Positions 53,043 to 64,000 of a stretch of DNA of 64,000 bases are shown one piece after another. Made by a program: the position numbers and the translations under genes. The stretch lies in assembly GCF_000150275.1 (NCBI RefSeq), contig NW_002060948.1:434001-498000 (forward strand), read 5' to 3'. The notes under the pieces were generated by a model that had not been told where the DNA came from, did not search any database, and saw only the letters and a list, made by a program, of their open reading frames with translations. Origin of the DNA: Trichoplax adhaerens (taxonomy: Eukaryota > Animalia > Placozoa). Numbering within the stretch: the stretch's first letter is position 1; every line of letters begins with the position of its first letter.

Positions 53043-55509
53043 ATGGAGTCGTATAAAAGCTTCGATCCAACGGAGCATGGCCTCAGTAGTAATTTTCGTC
53101 TGATTAGTTTTACCAAATTAAAAGGATGAGGGTGTAAAGTACCCCAGGAGGAACTGCTCAAACTCCTGGAGTCGCTTGGTCATGGCGATCATCGTGAAGG
53201 TTCAATTGGAATCGGCCTCGATAGCTGTGTCTTGCCTACTCGACATGATGGTATCTCCATCGTTCAAACAACAGATTTTTTTTATCCTCTAGTCAATGAC
53301 CCTTATTATCAAGGAAAAATAGCCGCTGCTAATGTCTTAAGTGATTTATATGCAATGGGTGTTACAGAATGTGACAATATGTTAATGTTGCTTGGCATTA
53401 GTAGCCAGATGACATTACAGGAAAGGCGAATTAGTACGAAATTAGTTATGGAAGGATTTCGCGATGCATGTCTGCAAGCTGGCACAAGTGTTAATGGCGG
53501 CCAGACTGTTCTAAATCCGTGGTATATTATTGGAGGAGTTGCTAGTAGCGTCTGTAGCAGAGACGAATATATTATGTAAGATTGATTAATTCAACTGAAT
53601 TTGTAGCTAACTTAAAAAGTAACCTAACAACAATCCACCGATAAACCTCAGCGATGGCGTCACGATCACTTTTTACCAACTACAGTAGCTGCTGATCAAT
53701 TTTAACTCGATTTCTGTTAATTTAATATACGCGTATATTTATATCATGCAGAATAAGAGTTTTTTTATCGATGTATACTTCACACAGTAGCCAGTACCTA
53801 GAATATAACAGTCAAGAGCTCTCCATTATCTGATCTATATTTTAAAGGTCTCTGCTTCTCCTGGTAGTTAGTTTCTACTTTGCAGTACAGTAGTATTCCT
53901 TTCTATACGGATATTTTTCTGGTTGCGTACTAAAATATAGCATATGAGATATACTATACACGAGCATATTCACTTTGTATATACAGAGTTATGGACTACT
54001 TCACTAATGTAACAAGATCATTATTACGAAGAATAAAGCATCACATCTTGTAGTCAATGTAATACATTTATCGCACTGCAAACGTTGCATAAAGTATAGT
54101 ATATAGTAATTTATTAATACATACAGTATATCTACTTACCGTAATTCAGTATATCTAATAACCCATGGAATATGGTTAACAAACTATTGCAGTATATGAT
54201 TGAGCTTAAATTTAAAATGAACTACAGTATACTTGTTATGGTATGGTGATGTAGGGTTTATATTGAACTGCGCGAGACTCCCCAATTTATAAAACGTCAA
54301 TTTTGTTATTTAGGCCTGAAAATGCCAAGGTTGGTGATGTCCTAGTTTTAACTAAACCGTTAGGAACTCAAATTGCCGTCAATGCTCACCAATGGTTGGA
54401 GGAGGTAAGCTTAACTTGGTAATATTTACTATACCGTATACTCTATGCTCAAGATCGTGCGGATATTCGGTTTAACACTATTTCTAATATGCATCCTTAA
54501 ATCATGCACCAGCTCTATTGCTGCTCTTCACGATGAACTCAGCCTTTTACTAATTCAAGAATACGTTATACTCTCATAACGCATTCAATTTTTAATTCCA
54601 TATATGGCACAGTACATGCAATCTTACTGTTAATGTAGATATACACATGCTTGCAGTATATTAAACAAGACCATTATGCTACGACTAAGATTTCATATCA
54701 GACGGTTTTATTTATGAATATTAACCACTTAAATCTCACTTTCAGCCATCTCAATGGGAGAAAATCGAACAAGTGATTTCTAAAGAAGACGTGATCAAAG
54801 CATATTTGACAGCCATGTTTTCTATGGCTAGATTAAATCGGAATGGTGCTAAGCTAATGCACAAATATGGAGCTCATGCAGCAACGGATGTGACCGGATT
54901 CGGTATATTAGGCCATGCTAACAATTTAGTCCAAAACCAAAAGGAATCGGTATCTTTTATTATCAAATCTCTACCGATTATTGCCAAGATGGCTGAAGTT
55001 GCCAAGGCGTGCAAGATTAATTTCAAACTACTAGAAGGATTCTCTGCAGAGACATCCGGTAATTTTAAATATTCATATATCAGTTTAAAATTTGCCCATT
55101 GTTTTTGATTCTATGGTATTGTACAATGAAATGGCAATCCATTTAGTGTTATTTTCACTCTACGCTATAATTGACTTTATTTAACAGTGAGTGCAGTATT
55201 GGTTCTCATAACAACTATACTGTCTACTAGTCATGCATCAATGTGGCAATGAGTGCATGTATGGCAAGATACTGAACTACTGTATCATCCACACAAATTG
55301 TAGTTAACGCTAATAATATAATATCGGATTAATATTCTTTCATAGGCGGTCTATTTATATGTTTGCCTCCAGAACAAGCTGCTAAGTACTGTGAAGAAAT
55401 ACAACAGTTGGATAAGCATCAAGCTTGGATAATTGGTGAAGTAATCGCTGGTAACCACAAAGCTACTATTAGCCCAGATGTTCAAATCATAGAAGTTGAC
55501 TATTATTAA
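53043..55509 (+). CDS. SEPHS2: Selenophosphate synthetase 2 (selenoprotein, Sec at codon 29), 366 aa
   Basis: Exons 53043-53575, 54314-54404, 54746-55058, 55346-55509. [35 protein letters not shown] with TGA at 53127-53129; [56 protein letters not shown]. Confidence 0.97.
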
Positions 55510-55643
55510 GAAACTTTAATTTGATAACTAACAAAACGACAGCAAATAATTAATTAATCAGTTATTGTAAAATCAGTATGTAATATGCGCACGGCAGTTG
55601 TAAGTTTGAGCAGTTACGACTTGAACGCGTATTATGCATGACA

Positions 55644-55730
55644 ATCTCTTGTTGAATGACGTAACTCTAATAAATTGCCAATATAATGGTCAGGTAGAGT
55701 TACTGATAGCATAGCATGCCACAAAGAGAT
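55644..55730 (+). promoter_or_regulatory. Eukaryotic SECIS element (type II-like) in the SPS2 3'UTR
   Basis: ATGA core at 55656-55659; perfect helix GTAACTCTA/TAGAGTTAC; apical AAA; mini-stem GCCA/TGGT; 3' TGAT; lower helix ATCTCTT..TG / CA.AAAGAGAT. Confidence 0.93.
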
Positions 55731-56139
55731 ACTACAGTAAACACAGCAACTGAATAAAACAAATATTTTTGGTATTCTACCTTGATGAACTCTAATAACC
55801 CGATATGATATCCTTAACATTACATTTCGTTTACTGTATTTATTGTTAACGAATGATACATAAAGAGTCTTGACTTCATACAAAAAGATTCTAAATTAAT
55901 CAATGTTTAACCGGTATGCGAACTCTGCGTCGGCCAAATATTAGTCTACAGTGTTAGTATTTAATGATTGGAATACAATTTAGAAAGGATCACATACCAA
56001 TATAAAGCATGCTAGAGTTAATGGAAAAAGATAAATAGCATTCGTTAGAAATCAATCTTCCGACTGCACTGATAACTAATAAGACTGTATCGTAAAACTA
56101 CAGAGCTTTTCAATATTTAAAGCTTGATACAATCAAGAA

Positions 56140-59100
56140 TTAATCTTCTTGCTGCCCGCTATTATCACCACCATCTCTGTCACTCCCGCGAGACGTTTCT
56201 CTGCGACTTTAAGATAAATAAAGATATTTTTACAAACCTGCGATAAAAGAACAATCTACTTTATGAATAAGAAGAAAATACCTTCTCTCCTCGCCTGATG
56301 AGCGTGGACGAGAACGAGACGAAGACCTGCTGCGTGTGCGTGAACGTGAACGTGAACGTGAATGGCGACGTTTAGGAGAACGAGAATACGAACCTCGTCG
56401 ACCTCTAGGCGACCTACTAGTTTTACATAAAATACGCATTTAGTTATCAAGACAATCATTACAATTCTTACTAATGTTTTCTTTATACACATGTACATTG
56501 CTGCGATAAGATGATTTAAAAGTCAACAATCCTAACCTTGCAATAGGAGATCTTGAGTCTCCGCCATCCTTTAGTAAGATAATTAGACTATTAGCTGCTA
56601 CCTCTTTATGTACATTTTAATTGCCATGAAATTATAATATCATAAGGTACTGTTTTCAATACTAATAAAAGCAAACAACATCACACAAGCATTCTTACTC
56701 TGGACACCGTAATTTTTTTGCCATTGATTTCTGTGTTGTCGAGTTTTTTGATAGCATACCTTAAATCATCTTTGCTATCAAATTCTACGATACTATAAAT
56801 ACAAAGAGAATCAACTAATATAACACTGAAAATGTTAACATTGATAACAGCAAGACTATCGCCACGATTATAGTAATATCACAAATTAAAAATTGATTGG
56901 AAACAATTTAAAAGATCGATAAGTATGCCAATATGGAAAGATAATCAACTTACGCCTGGCCTACGGATTGCTTGTGTGCATCAGCGTAACTAACGCTGAT
57001 GTCTGTCTTGTTTCTGATATAATCTTTTAGATCCTGATAATAGAATACGCCCTCTAGTTAACGCTGGACGGTCAACGCTACATCGGCATTTACAAGTTTA
57101 AGGCACAGAATATGCAGCAGTTGACTCGGCCTCACATAAAATTTTAGTATCCTCATCATAGCTGCAAGTAATATACATCTAATCCAGTGGTAAGTACGAA
57201 ATTAGCAAAAGTAAGTCAAGCAACCGGCGCTAGAAGTCCAAATGACTTGATAGGATGTGATTCATGTGAAGGTATCATTGTATAAAGGAATTGCATAGAT
57301 TGCGCTCTATAGTAACGGTATTAGCAAGGAACTTGACATTTGCGAATGCAAAGGTAAGAAATTGGTGCAACAATAGCACTCGTGGCAATTTCAAGACAGA
57401 CACTAACGGAATACGGGTAGATTTCTATTCCGAATGCTCCTAGTATAAAGGAATGTACACATTAGGTGCACTTTGTTGTATCGACAGTTGAAATTTTATC
57501 CTACCGACTTTGTCTGCTTCCGGAAATACTTTGCAATTATTTCAAAAAATTAACATAAACTTAATTCCAACGCCTTGGTACGATATTCCTAAGACTGGTC
57601 ACGTTTCAATCCCTCCGATCTACGCTACTGTAATCTCGAACGATATCTCTCGTCACGGTTCTGGTTAGGATGAATGTATTCGCTCGCTCGCAACTAAGTC
57701 GCACATTGTTCGTTGGCTTTTTTTAGCGTTGACTTCGGATTTCCTCTTCTACCTTAGAACTACATTACACATGAGCCCGAGGTGGTTGGAGGACTGGCAA
57801 CCCATTGCAAGACAATGACAAGGCGAATGATGGAGAGAAATATCTATTGACGGTGGCGATTGCTTACGTCTAATTAGGCACTTTGATTAAGGTAGGAACG
57901 TAGCAATTTTAGGAATTGCAAATCGAATTTGTAATTGCATAGGTAAATTCGAAAAGGCAACGCTCATAGTAGGAGAAATTGACTGTTTAGCCGAAAGAAT
58001 CGCAGTATTACGAAAGTTATAAGAAATAGATTTCAAGATCTATCTATCAATACCGTTTACAGAGAATATGCGAATACGAAGCACTAGTATATTAGTAACG
58101 TAAAGTACAATATCGTACAAAAAACTTACTATAATTAATTATTTTAACTACGATAATATCCTAATGGATTATTTACTTATAATGCTACATTACTAAAGTG
58201 TACCCTAGTTGTCGGGTATAATGAAGATCTACTCTGCACAAAGATTAAACTTATTCGTTTACCGGTGGTTAAGATACACACCTTTGTAATCCATGCTTTA
58301 TCAAACTAAACTACTGAATGATTTGCAATGCTATAAGAATGAGGCAATAGATATAGTTACTAACCTGCCAACTAACTCTGCTCGACAAATTGTTGATGTA
58401 AAGGCGGTAATCTGTCCGAACAGGAGCAGAGCCATACCCTGCTGCTGGTCCTCCTCCTCCACCACCACCACTATCATACAATTAGGTCAAAATCACAAAG
58501 CGTGAAAATTGTTATCAAGATAACGGAAAAAAAACGATGTTACTTTGACGTACGATGATCTGCCGCCTCTTGATCGACCATATCTATCGTCGCCGCGGCC
58601 TCTTGCTTCACGTCTATTCCTCGCAAATTCCACAATAATTCTGTATCGCATAAGCAGAAATAAATTGCCATACATGTCATAAATTTAGTACTTATGAATC
58701 TCAATCATTCAATAAGCGTAAATAGGTAAATGCTTTCAAACTTATGTACAAGAGTTACTGTTGAGTACGAACGAATCCTTACCGGTCACCGCACAATTCT
58801 TTGTTATTGAGATCATAAACTGCATCCTCTGCATCTCTAGAGTCATCAAATTCCTGATTTTGTCAATATCAACAAAAAATCAATACAAATCTAGCGATCC
58901 AACCAGGAAGGATACAGAAATACAGCAGCTTAAAGCCAGTTTTAATCCCCCAATTTAGCCATAATCAATATTTATTCTTGATATGATATACGTATATTCA
59001 TCTATATCGTTCAACAATTTATATAATTGACTTACAACAAAGCCAAAAGTGCCTTTCAAAGTTACTTCCTTTAATTTTCCATAATCTCGAAAGAACTTTT

Positions 59101-59155
59101 CTACATCACGTTCACGAACTGAACTATTCAAGCGGCCAAGGTATACTCTAGTCAT
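56140..59155 (-). CDS. Serine/arginine-rich splicing factor, SRSF4/5/6 (SRp55/B52) family
   Basis: RRM1 MTRVYLGRL...GFVEFDDSRDAEDAVYDLNNKELCG.RIIVEFAR; Gly linker; pseudo-RRM RTDYRLYINNLSSRVSWQ|DLKDY...YADAHK...VEF...LDNTEINGKKI; RS domain; stop at 56140-56142. Confidence 0.95.
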
Positions 59156-61134
59156 TCTTCCAATCTGTTCTCTAAAAATTTTGTAATTAGATAGATAAGC
59201 GTATAATCAAATATATATTATATATATATATATAATATATTAACCTCATGACGCATGTTTCACAGTACTCACTGTATAGTTAGCACATCAATTTATAGTC
59301 ATATACATGTACAAGATTTAAGCTTATTAGAATAGAAATGATACCCAACTATAACCTATAACTCTCAGACAAAAGTCAGCCTGACGATATCACATTTATA
59401 GACAATACTTCATCAAGACAATACAATAAAGTGACTGTTTATCCGTAGTTGAACAGTTCTTTCCTTTGCCAAAAATTAAGTAAAAACTGATTCTAACGTA
59501 GTCCTAAAAATAGTTGGTAGGTGCAGATTGTTAAGCTAATACCGTAGTAAACAAATGATTACTTTCAAAAAAATTTACCACTCCACAACTTTACAAATAC
59601 ACTTTCGGTACAATATCAATCTGTAGACAAGGGGAAGAAAAGTAATCTATCGACTGTACTGTATCTACGTACCGTACATCCCAGTAAGAAGAGTAAAGCT
59701 AGAATTTTATTCTGGCTTTTGTCTAGTACAGGCTGTACAGAAACCATTTGACTGGTTCATTAGCACGAGTAATTTGGACAAATTTTTTAATTATATAGAA
59801 TATATTACTTAATCATAGTCACAATGTTTTGTAGTCTACAAAAGCACGACTATCCTAGAAAAGGACGAGACATTTATAGCGACAATTAAAGTGATTCAAT
59901 GTTGATATTGCAGAAATTGTCGATATGTTATCGTACTTCGACACCTTAGAATTGTTGAGCAATGGAAGTTATTTGAGGTCCCAAAAATAAATAATTATTG
60001 CGTAAAAAAATCGCACGACTCATCTTGGAAGTTGTTTATTTGAATAAGAATTATGAATCATTTATAATGCCGAAAAATATACTACTCCGCGTATAGTATT
60101 GCTATAATCGTGACTAGATTATTTTGGCTATCAGTACAGTAGTGGAAAAATGAGTAAAGGTTTTACTTGGGCAAACTTTACCCGCATTAAAATCCAAATC
60201 ATGTCAATTGGTTGCAATGCAGTAGGTGAAAAGTTCAATGTAGGAGTTGCTCCAGTACTGTACGAGTACACTACACTAGTTACTCCACTATCAAAGTGTC
60301 TGAAATACAATTCTCTATGTTCCAGTAGTCCCTAATGCCAATGATACTGTACAGTGTACATGTACTGTACGTTAGTGTGTTTTGAGGGGTACCATAATCC
60401 CAGGTTATTCAGCAGTTGAATTGTGATCGAATTTGAGAACAAGGTATCGATAGCTTAAGAACTACGTACGAGAATTTTGTGTTTCTACAACACAGTATGC
60501 AAGCGAACGTTGATTTCCTGGATTCTCTTATAGTTCAAGTACTGTACGCGCTTGCTTGTCGTACTGCTGCATGCAGTGAAATTTTGCATCATTGCCGTGA
60601 AATATTTTCAAAGCCTTTAGCTCAATAAAGGTGGCAAAAAATAACCATTCAACAGTCTTTTAACTGCCTAATACTAGGTTCATAAGCATAGAAATATAGT
60701 AAAAATACTAATTACCGTGCATCCATCTCATCTATAACTTGTAAACGGATTTTATTGGATATTTTGTAGTAAAAAAATAGAGCGTAGTCTGGGTTGAAAA
60801 TCCAAACCTCCTTTGACTTGGTGTAAAGTAAAGTGTGAAATCTTTTTCAAAGCGAATTACAGTAATTTTACTCCATAGGAAAGAAATGATTCTTGTCATA
60901 ATAATCACAATATCATGATGTCAATTGCATACTATAACAACAACCTTTTAATGGAAAGCGAAAATCTCAACTCCAATTGAATTCCTTGGAATTAGCGATT
61001 GAAAAATCAGCAAGTTGCAGCTCGAAGAAGTTGAACGGCGGCACGCGTGGCTGCTTTGAAATGAAATAAGTTGGGAAAGCTTTTCCTTTGTGTCCTATAT
61101 CACGGTTTACTGAACTGCACACTGTATTAGGGAC

Positions 61135-61359
61135 TAGATCGCGCACAGAAAGACAGACACCCGGTCCTGTGCAGTCTCCAGTGTACAGTCATTGGATGGC
61201 TGCACACTGTAGTGTACTGTACTGTACTGTACTGTACTGTACAGTACTGTATTAATTAGGGACTACTATACAGTACATTGTACTGTAGATCGCGCACAGA
61301 AAGACAGACGCCCTTTCCTGTACAGTCTACAGTCTACAGTCTACAGTCATTGGATGGCT
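61135..61359 (+). repeat. Duplicated ~70 bp CCAAT-containing module separated by (CTGTA)n
   Basis: TAGATCGCGCACAGAAAGACAGAC...TACAGTCATTGGATGGCT at 61135-61201 and 61286-61359. Confidence 0.85.
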
Positions 61360-61679
61360 CGAATATAGACTACTCATACATTGAATTCGAACACTATAAT
61401 CTCTAGTATGGACTGCTAAAAAACGACACCTGTACTAATTTCTACAGTAGTGTACTATGTAGGGTAGCAAATACTGTAGTACAGTATGGTCATCATAGCA
61501 CTAGTACCAGCCACTCCCTGCCTTGCCTGCCTGGGTGCTAAAAAGAAGCGGTAAAACCCTGCCACTCAATACTGGGCTGTAGACTGCAAATCTTCCATAG
61601 TAAATAATAGACTACGAGTCAGTAGGCTCGGAATGGAAGTGGTGGGATAATGCTTATAAACGCTACTTGAATTGGTAAT

Positions 61680-63845
61680 ATGGATCCCAATTCAGCTTTT
61701 TCCGCTTATAGTCGGTAAGTTCAGTCATCTCTACTGTATTAATTAATGTTACTATTAATAGGAGTAGAATTTTCGACTTCTGCCTTGATTTATCCAAAGC
61801 TTGCCATGGCATCGTTGTTACCGTACTCTAAGTTGTAGTGTTTATTTACAGTCTAAAAAAAATGTACCGACTAAAAATGAACGATGAAGACAGTGGACGA
61901 GCGCTTATTGCCCAAAAGTAGAGATTAATCGGAAGTGTCATCAAATAATAGATAATCTACAATGTTAGCCCTACAATCTACTTTCGGAGATCCCTTGCAT
62001 AAAATACAAGGCTTAGCATTTATACAGTATATTCTCATCCTCACTACACTGTACTATCGTGAGATTGATTGATACCAAACAACCACTCTATTGACAATTA
62101 TGATAGCAAAATTTTTACATGAGCAATCTTGGACTGCTTCATAGATAAAACACTATGTCGTAAAATTGAAATTGGTCTAAAATTACCTTTTCTTTCAACG
62201 GGCTGCTTTAGTGTATTCAGTGAGAGCTAGTGAGATTGTTGAAAATGATTCAATGAAATGGAATTGCTAGATTAGTTTGTACACAATGTACTGTATTATC
62301 ATTGGCTTCAATAGGCATACTATAAGCATTGAACGTAGGAGCAAGAAACAGAATGACCATCGATTGATTATGTTTCCTATATGATCCTCAGACACTTACT
62401 ATAGTAATAATATCACCAAGAATGATATTATTTTCTGGATCTGGATCAGTGATAGTTTCGTGTAATTCATTAATTTATTAATATGGACCGTCTCACGTAC
62501 TTTATAAACATAATCAATGCATAGTGTTTTACGCTTCGTGATCATGATAGGCAATATTCATTTTACAGACTTACATACCAAAATTGGACTTATGTTCCAT
62601 CCCCCTCCAACCGGAATTTGGTACAACAATTTACTATTGGATACAAGATGATTATGGAACAGCTTAATCCGAACTCCATTCAGATCCAAGCGAATAAACA
62701 TAAAGTAAATTTCAATTCAGGTACTGCATCAATAATAATAAATTGAATTATTTATCAACCGTAATAACTACTTTTGCTAGTCAACAATACGGTGGCATTC
62801 TCTTATCCTCTTACACATGATAGAAGTTGAATGGAGACTAATTATAATGTCATTGATCACTTTTATACTGCTGTAGTAATAGTCATTCTATGAATCAATG
62901 TCGTCGCCCTTGCAATGTCTTTTTCCTTTTTTCTTATTTTTTAAATTATATATCAAATATTTACTCTAGTTGATCATATTATATTTTTTTCCCCTTGGCT
63001 CTATTATAGCTAGGACAAAAACGGAACATGATGTTGCTACAAATAAATTTTTACCAACCAATTCAGGTAATTAATTAAGCCTATTTTTATTACCTACTAT
63101 CGTAAATGCTTATACATAGTATATGGTATTACTACACTATATGTGTAAATAAACAAAAGCTATGATGTACTATACTGATAGTAGAGTATAATAACAAGCA
63201 TGAATCTGGGCATATCGTACTTATAGTAACTTATTTTTGTTCTAAATAGACACTGTCCTAGGAAATCGTTATCGCTATAAAGAAATAATTGGTCATGGAA
63301 CATTTTCAGTAGTAATTGCAGCCAAGGTACAAATATATTATGAATAAAAGTACCTTAATTATGTCAATGTTACGATTACACTTACTTATCTCTAATAGTG
63401 GTAATGGTTTCATGATACGATAATCAATTTTTAATCATGCAATATATCCAGTATTTAGCCCCATTTATACTTTCACATCAATTTCAATGAATCTTGCTTA
63501 CTGACCACTTACGGTTGACTACCACTGTAATCACTATTAAAAACTCCTTACTAAATCTTGCAAGGATTTATACATGCACAACAAGATCATCGCCATAAAA
63601 ATATTTCATCGCAATTATAAAGTTATTGGTTTACAGGTACGATATCTCAAGTGTTATAATCGACCTGTGATCAAGATAAACACTTGACCATTATTACAAG
63701 ACTTAGCAACTCGAAAGCTATTCACATTTTCCGTTTTATACCAAAGTTGTTTACATCACCTTTTATCTAATAACAGGAAGCTGAATGTGTGCGAAAACTC
63801 AACCAAATGGATTGTATGGATGTATCAAAAGTTATTAAGATCTTT
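61680..63845 (+). CDS. Ser/Thr protein kinase, CMGC group (DYRK/HIPK/PRP4-like); 5' part only, continues beyond the window
   Basis: Phase-compatible exons give MDPNSAFSAYSR...DTVLGNRYRYKEIIGHGTFSVVIAAKDLYMHNKIIAIKIFHRNYKVIGLQEAECVRKLNQMD...: Gly loop GxGxF, AIK lysine and helix-C Glu. Subfamily tentative. Confidence 0.85.
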
Positions 63846-64000
63846 GTATGTATGCAATACTATAAACTGGCACAATTCTTGTCAATGCTTCTTAATCTTG
63901 TAATAAATATTAACCATGGAATATAATCATAGCGGGGAATGATTCTTAAGCGATCAATATGATAATTAGCCCTAAAATTTACCCTCTTTTGCCGATATTT

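Overview
AT-rich, intron-containing eukaryotic (animal) genomic DNA. Compact genes with short introns, a Sec-type selenophosphate synthetase, Pellino and CCDC61 fit an early-branching metazoan; a placozoan such as Trichoplax is my guess and is not provable from the sequence. The ORF track misses most genes because they are spliced. By manual exon stitching I recover NOP53 (-), tRNA-Ser(GCT) (+), TIM50 (-), ADF/cofilin (-), COA6 (-), CCDC61/VFL3 (+), Pellino (+), selenophosphate synthetase with an in-frame UGA and 3'UTR SECIS (+), an SRSF4/5/6-type SR protein (-) and the 5' part of a CMGC-type kinase (+). An 18.5 kb interval (27.3-45.8 kb) has no recognisable gene but holds several duplications and tandem arrays. 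Best leads: the complete Sec-recoding unit; a triplicated CArG (SRF) module upstream of cofilin; CTGTA/TACAG arrays at nearly every promoter; a U12-type intron in CCDC61; a long SWQ|DLKD intron with a candidate poison exon in the SR gene; a candidate intronic C/D snoRNA; and a possible spliced pseudogene. I found no clear wholly new multi-gene system.
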